From the NCBI RefSeq assembly GCF_006345805.1, contig NC_043001.1, positions 16,740,001 through 16,804,000 of the forward strand: 64,000 nucleotides of DNA, given 5' to 3'. The position numbers were made by a program, and so were the translations under genes. The DNA is from Octopus sinensis. Taxonomy: Eukaryota. This document shows, piece after piece, positions 41,033 through 54,901 of this stretch. Every line of letters starts with the position of its first letter. Within the stretch, counting starts at the first letter, position 1. The notes below the pieces were generated by a model, which had not been told where the DNA came from, did no database searches, and worked only from the letters and a program-made list of their open reading frames with translations.

Positions 41033-41148
41033 TAGGCTCGAAACGTAAAAGACTTGTTCTATTTCTATTCCTGAGCGCCATACTAATATATTTGTTTGTT
41101 TGTACTCCACTTGCCTTCGTCCTTTGTTATTTTCGTAAACCTTCCCGT
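41033..41148 (+). mobile_element. 9356-family fragment truncated inside HHR stem II
   Basis: Starts TAGGCTCGAAACGTAAAAGAC; lies between (TA)-rich tracts. Confidence 0.7.
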
Positions 41149-41280
41149 TATACATATATACATGTATATATATACATATATACATGTACATATAAATGTG
41201 TATGCGTATAAATGACTGTTACGGAGACATAAACACACCAGCATCAGTTGTCAAGCGATGTTTGGATATATATATATATC

Positions 41281-41475
41281 CCAACATCGGTTGACAACTG
41301 ATGCTGGTGTGTTTATGTCTCCGTAACTTTGCGGTTCGGCAAAAGAGACCGATAGAATAAGTACTAGGCTTACAAAGAATAAGTTCTGGGGTCGATTTGC
41401 TGGAGCAAAGGCGGTGCCCCAGCATGGCCACAGTTAAATGTCTAAAAGAAATAAAAGAAAAAGAATAAAAGAATA
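41281..41475 (+). mobile_element. SINE family B, 3' half
   Basis: Homology to 33230-33420. Confidence 0.8.
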
Positions 41476-41477
41476 TA

Positions 41478-42175
41478 ACGACCAAAACCACATTTAAGCG
41501 CAATCTTCAAAAGGAATGAAAAATAAAAACTTTTACCTTGTTATTTTTTATTCCGGTCTGACCTAAGTTTTGCCTGTTGAAGGTAGGTTTCTCTTGTGTT
41601 TAAAAGTACACTATTTTATATTGAGAATTAGTTGTCTATTGACGTTTCATACATGCTAGGCCACTGGTAGTGAAATTTTAAAAAACTCACTACCCTATAT
41701 ATATTTTACATATATGATTTTAGCAATTTTTAAAAGATTAGTTCGGCAGTTATTCATTTACTGCCGACTGAAACTGCGCTTGCGCGGTGAATTTGAAAAA
41801 TTATAATGTATAACGAAGAGTCACGTGTTAATCGTCTCTTAATTATATGTTAGTGTTATGGCACGGCCACTGATGAAAAATTCGCCTAGCAAATTATATC
41901 ATTTGCTAAAAATTTTTTAGAAACCTATATCTGACCAGATAAAAATAACAAGGTAAAAGTTTTTTATTTTCATTCCTTTTGAAGATTGCTCTTAAATGTG
42001 GTTTTTGTCGTTTTGACTACTTTTTCTAGCGTGTAAAAACTACCTGTTGAAGGCAGTTTTCTCTTGTGTTTAAATGTACACAATTTTATATTGAGAAAAT
42101 GTTGTCTATTGACTTTTTACACATGCTAGGCCACTGGTAGTGAAATTTCTAAAAAACTCACTACCCTATATATAT
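41478..42175 (+). mobile_element. PLE-type element with inverted and direct pseudo-LTR pieces and HHR (41865-41936)
   Basis: 41478-41570 inverted versus 41920-42012; 41573-41705 direct versus 42043-42180; ggcca-CTGATGA-aaaatt..aatttt-GAAA-cctata-TC-tgacc. Confidence 0.7.
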
Positions 42176-42179
42176 ATTT

Positions 42180-42857
42180 TATACATACATACATGCATAC
42201 ATACATACATACATGCATACATACATACATACATACATATACATATATATATATATGTATGTGTATGTATGTACGTATTATGTATGTATATATCCTCACA
42301 TACTCTCACATACGTGACAGGATTTTGGACATTTTTTATCAACCAAATTCCACTGATAAGGTACTGGCCAACCTGGTGCTATATTAGAACAGACTCGCCT
42401 AACACCCTGTGCAGTGTACCAGAGTGCAAACACAAATGCATTCATGCATACATACAAACATACATATGTACATACATACATGCACACACATATGTACATA
42501 CAAACACACATATACACACATACATACCTACTTACATACACGGATACATACATACACACATATATACCTACATACATATACATACACAGACATTCATTTA
42601 CACACATACATACATACACATACATCCATCCATACATACATACATACATAAATACATACATCCATCCATCCATCCATCCATCCATCCATACATACATACA
42701 TACATACATACATACAGCATACATACATATATACATACATACATACATACATACATACATACATACATACAGCATACATACATATATACATACATACATA
42801 CATACATACATACATACATACATACATACATACATACATACATACATACATACATAA
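42180..42857. repeat. (CATA)n/(CATC)n microsatellite with a decayed SINE B remnant
   Basis: Direct reading. Confidence 0.9.
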
Positions 42858-43168
42858 ATAGAAAGTAGAGATAAGATGGCGTGTAATGACACAATACAAT
42901 AAGTGCTCAGCCTGGTTTAGCACTAAAACTCCGACTTGAATTGCGACCAAAACACGAAAGCGTTGTAGCTGCCCATTAATGAATGCCTATAAATGGTTCA
43001 TCATATAACGTCAGCATCAATGCCGAGACACCGGGAATCACAATACCTGTAAAATACACGACTAATTAGAGAATAATTGTACGCCATAATGGAGCACCAA
43101 TACGGTGTAACACATTTGAGAAGATTGTATGTTTTGACGCAGGTTATGCCAATGTCTATACACCCGTA

Positions 43169-43546
43169 GGGCGGCGAGCTGGCAGAAACGTTAGCATGCC
43201 AAGCAAAATGCTTTGCGTTATTTCGTGTCTTTACGTTGTGCGTTCAAATCCCAGCGTGGTCGACTTTGCCTTTCATCCTTTCGAGGTCGATAAATTAAGT
43301 ACCAGTTACGCACTGGGGTCGATGAAATCGGCTTAATCAGTTTGTCTGTCCTTGTTTGTCCCCTCTGTGTTTAGCCCCTTGTAGGTCGTAAAGAAATAGG
43401 TATTTCGTCTGTCATTACGTTCGAAGATCGAATTCCACCGAGGTCGACTTTGGTTTTCATCCTTTCGGGGTCGATAAATTAAGTACCAGTTGCGTACTGG
43501 GGTAGATCTAATCGACCTCCTCCCCCAAAATTTCGAGCCTTGTACC
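43169..43546 (+). mobile_element. SINE family A, two internal units
   Basis: GGCGGCGAGCTGGCAGAAACGTTAGC head; core present twice. Confidence 0.85.
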
Positions 43547-43858
43547 TTCAACATGGCTCTCCGTTCGAACGGACAGCCATGTTGAAGTAGCTAACGCCCG
43601 CACTCACACACACGCACACACACATAAGTGTGTGCGTGTACGTGCGTGTGCGTGCGTGTGTCTGTGTCGGCGTGCGTGTGTGTGTTCGTGTGTGTGCGTT
43701 AGTTGATAAATGTGTCTTATTTGTGTCTTCCAATGAATGAGTCTTGTTTGTAGGTCGGAGACCGGCACATTATTGGTGAGAAAGTTGAGAAAATAACACC
43801 CCGCCACCTAAAAAAAAAAGATAAATAAATAAGTACACACTTTTGTAAACAACTAAAA

Positions 43859-43889
<31 letters not shown>

Positions 43890-44147
43890 AGGCCATATCC
43901 AAATATACATATAAGTACCGACATACGTACATAAACAAACACACAGTCGCACATAAATACATTCACACTCAAAAGCGTATGCAAGCTCAACGAGAACCAC
44001 TGATCCGATATGTTGATGTATTCACATGTTCATGTAAATATGTCATCAGCGAGTCTGTCACATGTCACATCTTGGTCTTTCACTGAGTTGGCTCCTTCTC
44101 TTTATGGCATATCCTTTAAGCATATACAAACATACTTACGTATATAA

Positions 44148-44570
44148 GGGAGCACTCCGTCAGTTACGACGACGAGGGTCCCAGCTGATACGATCAACGG
44201 AACAGCTTGCTCGAGAAATTAACGTGCAAGTGGCTGAGCATTCCACAGACACGTGTACCCTTAACGTAGTTCTCAGGGAGATGCAGCGTGCGAGAATGTG
44301 ACAAGTTTCATCTCAATCGAAGGAGAGGGGCTTTCTCCGTCCGGGTTGCGGATCCGTGGAATAAGCTGCCGGACGAGATAGTGAAGATGCTGACGACCGC
44401 TCGGATCAAAGTCTCTCTTGACCAGAAATGGCCTGAACTCTTCGCATGAACACCCTCTCTGTACATAACTCCATGTCCCCCTACATGGCCTTGCTTTTGC
44501 TTTTTGAGCCAAAAAATAAACTTAACTTAACTTAAGGTTGGCCCTTTGAAATACAAGTACTACTCATATT
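44148..44570 (-). mobile_element. SINE family D interrupted by a CR1-like 3' end (44306-44535, plus)
   Basis: Insert FHLNRRRGAFSVRVADPWNKLPDEIV..LDQKWPELFA* with a (CTTAA)n tail splits GTGACAAG|GTTGGCCC. Confidence 0.8.
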
Positions 44571-44623
44571 CCACCGATCACATGTTGCGTTCTGTTATGT
44601 ATATATGTATACACACACATATA

Positions 44624-45287
44624 CAGGGTGCGATGGATAAATTGTCACCATGTTATATTTTTTAATTCGCGTATGCGCATTGTTTGCTTTTAATTTTGTC
44701 GACTACACAGCATAGTAGGGTCAGTTGGGCACCGTATGTGAGAAAAAACAGCACCATGACGTAATTCACTCTGACAGAAATTTGGAAACGACATTCTGTA
44801 CTGCTTGGCATTCGCACCTGAAGCTCCAATACGAACATTTCAGAGTATTTGTGTGTCAGTCTGAGGACAGTGCAATCTGAAGACAGGTACCAAGAGTGAT
44901 AAAAACTCATACATCCAGCCATCATTTCTGCGACCACATCATGCCTAACATCTGGCCACCTAACTCCTCAGACTCCAACCCCCTTGTGTGGGTCGCAGTT
45001 GAGCGAGAGATCAACAAAACTCCTTGAAACACCAAAGATGAACTGAAGGCAAGGATTTTGGCAGTATTCACCAACTTAAACTAGTAGACCATCCAGAATA
45101 GTTGCAGAAGATTCCGAAGAAGTCGTCTGTAGGATGTGGTTTAAGCCAATGACAATTTTATTGAATAAATTTACTCTTTAGTATTTCAAGTTATTTTTGT
45201 GTAATTTTGGTAAATATCTGTTAAAATGGGATGTCTGTGTTATTTTCATTTTGTGTTATTTAGACAACAGTTTATCACCTCACTCTT
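44624..45287 (+). mobile_element. Deleted Tc1/mariner-superfamily transposon
   Basis: TA|CAGGGTGCGATGGATAAATTGTC ... TTTATCACCTCACTCTT|TA; IWPPNSSDSNPL..VW..NTKDELKARI transposase motif. Confidence 0.75.
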
Positions 45288-45313
45288 TATATATATATAT
45301 ATATAATATATAT

Positions 45314-46415
45314 GATTGATGATTGATTGATGATTGATTGATTCTAGTTTCAGCTTATGAGCTGTGGCCATGGCTGGGGCACGCCATTGGTGTTGCTACT
45401 TGGTTTCACTTCATGGAGCTTTCTAGCAACTGCTATTTGTTGCATGAGAGAGTTCGATGCAGCTGCCCTCATATGCCCTCCTGCCGTGAAGTTGGTTCAT
45501 CTGGGACACCTGACAGGAAGAGATCCAGCTTCATTTAAGAATCGTATCCACCCCATGCAGGTCTCTCAGGTTCTTCCGGAGGATATTGAAGAGCTGGGGC
45601 CTCGGAAAGCCCAGGCTATCACAGAATCTTGTCCTACATCTTGATGGCAGGTTTGGAGTTCTAGGCACCACGCAGTGGCGCCCAGTTCTGGCATTTGCGT
45701 AACTCTCGATGCCAAAGTTCAGGACACTTCCCTCCAGGATCTTCCAGATTGTATATTATGGCAATCTTCCCGCCTACGCTCCAGGGAATATAATTTTAAT
45801 CTCTTGAGTCTTTCCCAGTAGCTTACATTCTGCATAGAGGCTATCGTCTTGTGTGTAGCTTCGTTGGGTTCGCCTCAAGTTCTGTGATCAACTTGACACT
45901 GGATGGTGACCATAGCTGAGAGCAATAGTCAAAGTGGCTTAGGACAAGTGTCTTCCAGAGGACATCATGGTTTCTGTTCTCTTGTTCTAAAGGTTCTAAG
46001 AATCCATCAGCAGCCATCTACATTCAGTGTCAGTTTAGCAACATGTACATGAAAGGTCGCGTCATCACTCATGTGAATACCCAGGTCACGCACTGATTGT
46101 GCCTCTGGGATTGCAATCCCTCCGGGTCCAGTGTATTCATTGGGTATATTGCATTCAGTTTTGCATGCTGATAGTATAAAGCTTGAACTTTCCAGCATTG
46201 AACTGCATGCTATTCTTTTCAGCCCACTTGTATATTTAGTCCAGCTCACCATTGCAGGTGTTTAGTGTCCTCAGGGTTCTGTATTGCCTGTGAAACTTTT
46301 GTATCATCTGCATAACTTGGATCGTAGCTCTCTCGGGTGGCTGAGGGCATGGTCGAGGGAGGGCCATTATGAACAGTAGTGGTACCCAGAACAGTGCCCT
46401 GAGGAACACCGCTCA
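45314..46415 (-). mobile_element. 5'-truncated CR1-like LINE (decayed RT)
   Basis: SGVPQGTVLG, YADDTK, VRDLGI, FDYCSQLWSP, YWERLKRLKLYSLERR; (ATCA)n tail. Confidence 0.9.
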
Positions 46416-47206
46416 CTATTTGTGTGTTAATATATATATAATATATATATATATAATATATATATATATATATGTATGTAGGGTATGTATGATATGTATG
46501 TATGTATACGACGAGTTCCGTCTACCAAATTCTAACAGGTTGCCATTTACCACAGTTTCTGTTTACCAAATTCCTCACTCAAAAGTTATTGTTCTACCCG
46601 ATGCTATAGAAGCAGAAGTTTGACTAAAATGCCGTGCAGTGGGACTGAATCCGAGACCACGTGGTTGCGAAGCGAGTTACTTAACCACACAGCCGTATAT
46701 ATCTGTCTGTCTATATGCGTGTACGTATGTACGTTTTTATGCATGTAGTTTAAACTGCAGAAGAGACTCACATTTCTGTTTGTACATAGCCATACACCGA
46801 ATCATTACAGCACACTCAATACCATGCATTGCCGCAAAACTAAACACACACACACACTCATATTTGTATAAATACATACGTACATGACAGTCTAGTTGAT
46901 GTCTAACTTCCGATAAAGAAGCCCTGCTTAGGCTGGATCCGTTTCTTCCGTAGTTCTAACCGTAAATTTGAAATAATATTAAACCAGCAGTTTATTACAA
47001 ACGTATTAAAGATTACCATGGGGGAAAAATATCGAAAATATATCTGATGTTGCGTAGTACATATTTCAGTACATATCTGTTGTCTTAGATATACAGGTGT
47101 CAAAAGAGTGGGTAATCAAGGCCAGAATAGTATTTCATATGTCTGCATAATCAAGGATAACCTGGAGCTAAACAACATACGGGCCTAATTATAGTTGTTT
47201 AATTGT

Positions 47207-47711
47207 TTTGGATAGAAGCCAATCACGCTATGAATGTGAAAATTTGCAAGAAGGCGTTTATGGTCCACTTCTTCGAAATCTTTATCCAGATTACAAGTTT
47301 ATATATATATATAGAATAAGAAGTAAAACAGTCCTTGGTATAGTATTATATATATACTTATATATATATATATATAATATATATATATATAATATATATA
47401 CATACATATATAAAGTCATCTGGTGGTTATATATATATGTATATATATACATATATAAATATACCCATATAATATCTTATATATATACTTATATTATACA
47501 CACAGATTCATTTTATATATGTATGTATGTAATATATATATATATATATAGATATATAATATATAATATATATATAGATATATATATTAGAGAGACGAGA
47601 GAGAGAGAGAGAGAGAGGAGAGAGAATAATAAGTAGGAAGGTCCTTGGTATAGTATGATATATATATATATATATATATATACATACATACAGATATACA
47701 CACATATGCAT

Positions 47712-47744
<33 letters not shown>

Positions 47745-47886
47745 GTTATATATATATATATATAATATATATATATATAGATATATATATATTATATATA
47801 TATATATATATATTTATGTGTGTGCTTCTATAATCGTTACTGCAATTGGTAATGTCACTAAGTGTTTAAGTAATAGTATGGAAAAG
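47207..47886 (+). mobile_element. RLE-type fragment split by a ~520-bp (TA)-rich tract
   Basis: [14 protein letters not shown] | (TA)n | ASIIVTAIGNVTKCLSNSMEK, colinear with the 27728 fragment. Confidence 0.55.
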
Positions 47887-48825
47887 CCGGTTAAAAATCA
47901 GCTTCCGTATGTGTGTGTATGTGTGATAGAGATAGAGAGCGAGAGAAAGTGAGAGAGAGAGAGAGATTTAGATTTGGTAGGGATCTGATCAATTTGGTTC
48001 AATCCGAAGTGTTCGATATAATGAACCCTCGATACCAGGTGGTTGTCCTCCGTACAGATGCATTTCTATGTGGTGTTTAGGGTTTGGATCACTCATTGTG
48101 TAGTGTCCACTTTCACTCCTAGTGAACGAAGAACTATTGCGATAGATGGCGGTATTGATTCTACTGGGACGTAAAAGAGCTCTGAAGGCATACGCGGATG
48201 ATAGCATCAGCATGGTGCTGGTGTTACCGAAATATTTATCACCATATTTAAGGGGATTACACGAAACTCAATAACCAGCTCCAATCGTCAGATTTGCAAC
48301 CCCGTACCCAAGTGCCAGTTGGGCCGACGACCTGGTTATAATGTATGGGTTCTGCTTCAGGCCAGACTTCTCAGTGAATAAGTATCTGGACGAGGATATA
48401 AGCATTAGTCTCCCCGAAATGCGACATAAGAAGAATTTAAAAGTGGAACAGATGTAGGGAACGACTAAATTGTTTTTATACTATACTATCACATGTTCAT
48501 TCTGAGTTCAAATTCTGCCGAGGTCGACTTTGCCAGTCATCCTTTCGGGGTCGATAAATTAAAGACAAGTTGCATAAAGGGGTTAATCTAATCGACTGCC
48601 CCCACCCCACAATCCACCAAAATTTCGGGCCTTTTGCCTTGAGTAGAAAAGAATCAAGATTCTAAGGTGGTTGTACGAGAGGGTTAATCTAAAGTTTCCC
48701 TGGAAATTGAAGCAGGAAGAGAACATTTCCAAATATCACAGACTGGTCCGTGTATTGGCTTTCCATCACGTTCTCGAGCTGCCAGTTTCTTCTACTTTAT
48801 GGGTGGCGTTGCTTGTTCTCTATCA

Positions 48826-49212
48826 TCTCTCTCTATATAAAGCTGAAGTTGTCTGTGTATGGCAGGTTTGGTAGCCTTCAACTAACACTATCTCCTCCGA
48901 GACCCTGCGGCGCAAGTTGACCAAAATTGGGGTATGATAGAAGAAGAATTGCTCTTCCTTCCGTAGAAAAAAAATTCAAATCGGACCATGTAACCACAAA
49001 ATTATTTACATCAAAAAGGTTCTTTTTTCTATGAAAATCCCAGTTTTTTACGATTTTTTGACTGCTGTGTCGCCATTTTTCGGTGTATTTCAACCAGAAA
49101 AATGTTCACTTAAAGAGAATAACAAGCTACATAATGCAAAATTTTTACTTTTCAAAAATTTCATTTATAAAGGGTCGAAACAAACCCGAGCAACACCGGG
49201 CGATACTGCTAG
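48826..49212 (+). mobile_element. Non-autonomous Helitron
   Basis: A|TC...hairpin...CTAG|T. Confidence 0.75.
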
Positions 49213-49213
49213 T

Positions 49214-49282
<69 letters not shown>

Positions 49283-49554
49283 TATATAGTATATTTAAAT
49301 GTATTTTTGTTACGTTCTGTTACATTTTTGTTCCGACCGTTAAATTGTACACGTACAATATGACATTTGTATAAAATATGTCTTATGTTATGTGGAGAGC
49401 CCCTGTGGCCAATAAAAAAATTATATTTACTTTTATCATGAGATGAGCTTTTGTTGTCAATTAAGAAACAATTGTTGTTGCTATTATTGTTCTTAATACT
49501 TTTGTTGCTGTTGCCATTGATAATTTATATTATTAATATTAATATCACCGAATG

Positions 49555-49588
<34 letters not shown>

Positions 49589-49590
49589 GC

Positions 49591-49649
<59 letters not shown>

Positions 49650-49654
49650 GTCTA

Positions 49655-49936
<282 letters not shown>

Positions 49937-49939
49937 CAT

Positions 49940-49993
<54 letters not shown>

Positions 49994-51025
49994 CATACAT
50001 TTATACATACGCACACACACACACCACTCATTCACACATGTACAGACTCCACACAAACACTACAAACATACCAAACGTTTGTAATTAGATAAGATACAGA
50101 AAAAAAGAACAAAACACACACCGCGGCCAACTAAATAATTAAAGTTAATCATTATGTGCCTCTTTCTTTTGTAAATGAATGAGGAATTCTGGGGTCGGTG
50201 TGTAAGAGAGAATACCGGGAGGCTTATTTTGCTTTCTCCCCTTGTGAACTAGTATATATAGACACACACATATTGATATATATATTATATATATATATAT
50301 AATATATTATATATATATATATATATGTGTTGTGTGTGTGTGTCTATGTGTGTGGTGTGTTTTGTGTGTGTGTGTGTGTGTCTATGTGTGTGTGTATTTG
50401 TGTGTGTGTGTGTGTTTTGTGTGTGTTGTATGTTGTTGTGTGTGCGTGTGTGCGTGTGTGTACATATATGTATGTGTATACATACATACGAAGTGGCGGG
50501 AAGAATCTTGAAAGAAGCTGACTCATAAAAAATTATCTCAAAAGCTCTAGATTCGTACTTTCTTATCACAGCTCCTCTTCCTCCTCCTCCTCCTCCTCCT
50601 CCTCCTCCTCTTCCTTCTCTTTCTCCTCTCCTCTCTCTCTGTTTATTTATCTGTCTGTAAGTCTGTCAGCCTGCTTGTCTCTGTCTCGATATCTTTCTCT
50701 GCTTATCTGTCTACCTCTACACTTGCCTCTCTATTTTCCTTCATTTATCAAACACACGCTCACACACTGCACACACACACGGCCACACACGTGCATAACA
50801 CGCTCACTCACACACATACACACCAACGCGCGTGCGTGCACACACACACACACACACACACACTCACAACCGGTGCAAGTGTTTTCAGGAGATCCGCCAC
50901 AGAAATAGTTATCCCCTGAAGATATTCTCACCTAACCTTTACTCATTTAACCAAAACTTTCACATTCCCCGTTTGAAATTCTGAGTCAGACAAAAAGAAA
51001 ATGAAACATCTTATCTTCAACATTT

Positions 51026-51102
<77 letters not shown>

Positions 51103-51274
51103 AAACACACATACACACATACACACATACACACACACACAAACGCTGTTACCTATATGTTAGCTGGCAACGAGCAAGATATAAAAGCCAAATCACCCTC
51201 AGAACACACCTGAGTAGATTGCAATCCGGGGGAGGATATACATGTATAGATAGGTAGATAGATAGATAGGGAAG

Positions 51275-51347
<73 letters not shown>

Positions 51348-51349
<2 letters not shown>

Positions 51350-51570
51350 CTTTCTTTATTGGCCACACAGGGCTGGACACAGAGGGGACAATTACAAATC
51401 TAAAGGTTTTCTTTTCGAAGATGGAAAAGGTAAAAGAAGAAAAAAAGGAAACAAATGTAAAATTTCGATCAAAAGGGATCGGAAAAGAAAAGACGATCAA
51501 AAGGGATCGTGTATCACAGAAAGAAAAAAATTTTTTCAAAGTAAAAAAAAAAAAAAAAAAAAAAAAGATT
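51348..51570 (-). mobile_element. Same (TCTA)n-associated element
   Basis: Reverse-complement homolog of 49655-49800 next to (GATA)n. Confidence 0.65.
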
Positions 51571-51852
51571 AGATAGACGCGTGTTAAAGAGCGTTGTAGT
51601 ATATGGCGTTACCCTGGAATCTGATCACATAAAATGCATGTACGACTTTATCAATTCAGTATATTTTGAACATTCAACAAGCAGAATATAAAATGACACC
51701 TGTAAACGATGTCCTCCACGCAACAGATACGAAATTTCGCTGATTATCGTAGGGTTGCCAGAGGAATATTATGAAAAGTAAAACAAACTGTAGCGGAATA
51801 TGCAATGAATATCATCCGAAGAAATTCGGAGGTAAAAATAGCCAAGAACCAG

Positions 51853-52905
51853 TCGCGGCTGTATGGTAAGAAGCTTACTTCCCAACTACATGATGTCGGA
51901 TTAAGCCTACTATAACCTCGGGTCGACCATTGGATTTGGTAGACGAAAACTGAAGGAATCCCGTCGTATATATATATGTATGTGTATGTGTGTGTGCGTC
52001 TCAGTAGATATCTATGTGTAAGTGTCTTTGTGTCTGTTTGTCTGCCACCACGGCTTTACAAGTGCTGCTGTGTTTACGTCTCCGTAACCGAGCGGTTCGG
52101 CTAAAGAGAGCGATAGAATAAGTACCAGCTTAAAAAATAAGTACTAGAATTGATTCATTCGACTAAAAAAATGTTCAAGGTGGTTAACCAGCATGGCCAC
52201 AGTCATATTACTGGAACAAGTAAAAGAAAATCAGTGAAAAGAAAATCTATAGACAACTGCTGCTCTAGACACAAGGCCCAAAATTTTGCGGGATAGGACC
52301 AGTCGATTAGATCGATCCCAGTACGCAACTGGTACTTAATTTATCGACGTCGAAAGGATGAAAGCAAAGTCGACCATGGCGGAAATTGAACTCAGAACGT
52401 AAAGACAGACGAAATACCTATTTCTTTACTATCCACAAGAGGCTAAACACAGAAGGGACAAACAAGGACAGACAAACGGATCAAGTCGATTAGATCGACC
52501 CCAGTGCGTAACTGGTATTTATTTAATCGACCCCGAAAGGATGAAAGGCAAAGTCGACCTAAAGTTTCTGCCAGCTCGCCTGCAGATTCTCTGCTCTGAT
52601 TAACTAATATCTGTAACAGTAAATATTGGTTCACTTGGTTATGTTAGTTAATGCCTTCGTGTAAACTGCAGAAAGTTAATATTTTCAAGCAAAGAGAGTG
52701 ACCAGCTAGCATGCAATTCACAAATAACTATCTGTAAGTGAAACAGTATAAATATTATTTCTACTCTAGGCACAAGGCCCCGAAAATTTTGGCGAAGTAC
52801 CAGTGTTTCACTGGTACTTAATTTATCGACTCCAAAAGAACGAAAACAAATTAGACCTTGGCAGAATGTGAACTAAGCACTTCACCCGGCGTGTTCGCCG
52901 CCTTA
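51853..52905. mobile_element. SINE cluster: B (+, 51853-52230), A (-, 52265-52580), A (-, 52757-52905)
   Basis: Family homology; the last copy is flanked by direct repeat GAAACAGTATAAATA. Confidence 0.8.
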
Positions 52906-52998
52906 GAAACAGTATAAATATGCAATGACTTCTAGGATTCCATTTTTGCTTTGTAAATCTAGCATTGGACGTGTTGCCGCTTTTGTTATTCTAGTTTG

Positions 52999-53373
52999 TT
53001 ATTACCTCCGACTTCGTGAAGTCGGAGGTATTGTTTTCAGTTGTGTTTGTTTGTCCGTGGTACAAGATATCTTAAGAATATTTGAATCGATTCGGATGAA
53101 ACTTTCAGAGTTGTTTAGCCTCATGACTGGCACGAAATGATTAGATTGTGGGATCGATCCGGTACCAGACAAAGATTCTGGATTATATTTCCTGTTTTTT
53201 TTTTTTTTTTACTTAATTTTTGAGAGCGGTCGGATTCATTTTTAGCATTCTCGTTTGTGAGAGCAGTCGAGTGTATTTCAGATATTCTCATTTTAAAAAT
53301 CATCTTTGACTAATCGTTGAGAGGACTTTGGTGTTGCCTTGGCAGAAGTTTGCGCTCTCCGAGTGCTCTTGTT
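52999..53373 (+). mobile_element. HINE/DINE-1-like element
   Basis: ACCTCCGACTTCGTGAAGTCGGAGGT 5' hairpin; GCGCTCTCCGAGTGC 3' hairpin; homolog of 15305. Confidence 0.6.
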
Positions 53374-53825
53374 GATATTTAAATTTGCACGTTCACTACA
53401 CTTTCGTTTATTCTTGCCCAATTATAATTCTCTATATTTACAATTATATCTGTTTAATTTCCATTACTTTTATCTTTTAATGTTTTTTTTTTTTTGTTGG
53501 CGATTTTATAGATTAAAAAATTATTGGGCGTGTCTTTTCGCTGCTGTCATATTTCTAGCTAAAACTTGCTCCCGTTTCTGAAGAGGTGACCCGTTTCAAC
53601 CACCGATAAACAAACCAAACTGAATATTTAAAGAAATATATGAAGACAACGCAAATTATCTTTTTGTCTTTAATTTGTATTAGTCATGGATCATTGCCTT
53701 TTATTCTCCCGAGGTTGTTAAAATAAAATACCAGTCAAGAACTTGTGTCGTTATAATCGACAATTCTTCTCCCTCTAAAATTGCTGGACTTATGCCAAAG
53801 TTTTAAACATTATTATTATTATTTA

Positions 53826-54268
53826 AGGCGGTGAAACGGCAGAATCGTTAGCACGCCGGGTGAAATGCTTAGCGGCATTTCGTCCGTCTTTACGTTGTGA
53901 GTTTCAGCTCTGCCGGGGTCAGCTTTGCCTTTCATCCTTTTAGGGTCGATAAAATAAGTACCAGTCGAGCACTAGGGTCGATCTAATCGACTAATCCCCT
54001 TCACCGAATTTTCAGGCTTTGTGCTTATAATAGAAAAGATTATTACAGTTAAGGCGGTGAGCCGGCAGAATCGTTAGCACGTCGGGCGAAATGCTTAGCA
54101 GCATTTCGTCAGTCCTTATGTTCTGAGTTCATACTCCGCTGAGGTCGACTTTGCCTTTTATCCTTTTGGGGTCGATGAAATAAGCACCAGTTGAGCACTG
54201 AGGTCGATGTAATCGACTTACGCACCTCCCCAGAAATCGCTGGCCTTGTGTCAAAATTTGAAACCGAT
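53826..54268 (+). mobile_element. Tandem dimer of SINE family A
   Basis: Heads AAGGCGGTGA at 53825 and 54051. Confidence 0.85.
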
Positions 54269-54528
54269 ATTCCCTGTAACTAACTCGGATAAAATTAGTT
54301 CAATTTAGAAATTAGAGGATATATTTAGATGTAAAATTAGGTAATAAATTATGCAGAAATTAAGAGTTAACCTTGTTTAATCTGACAATCTGACAACCTA
54401 CATATTTGATTATTTTTTTCGCTGTATCTGTTTGTTTGTCTAGCAGTCCACTTGTCTGCCTCTGTCTGTCTGTCTGTCTGTGTGTTTTTCTGTCTGTCTA
54501 TTTATCTATCTAATTTTCTATCTTTCTT

Positions 54529-54595
<67 letters not shown>

Positions 54596-54671
54596 GTCTG
54601 TCTGTTTTTTGTCTACCTGTATGTCTGTCTGTATGTATGTACGTATGTCTGTCCCTCTTTCTGCCTGTCTT

Positions 54672-54745
<74 letters not shown>

Positions 54746-54802
54746 CAATCCCGTCTGTGTGCAGCCCTGTGTGGTTAAAAAAGAAACATATCTATCTTTT
54801 TT

Positions 54803-54901
<99 letters not shown>

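Noticed and set aside
48290-48345. Possible HDV-like ribozyme or RTE 5' end
   Set aside because: I could not build the nested double pseudoknot by eye
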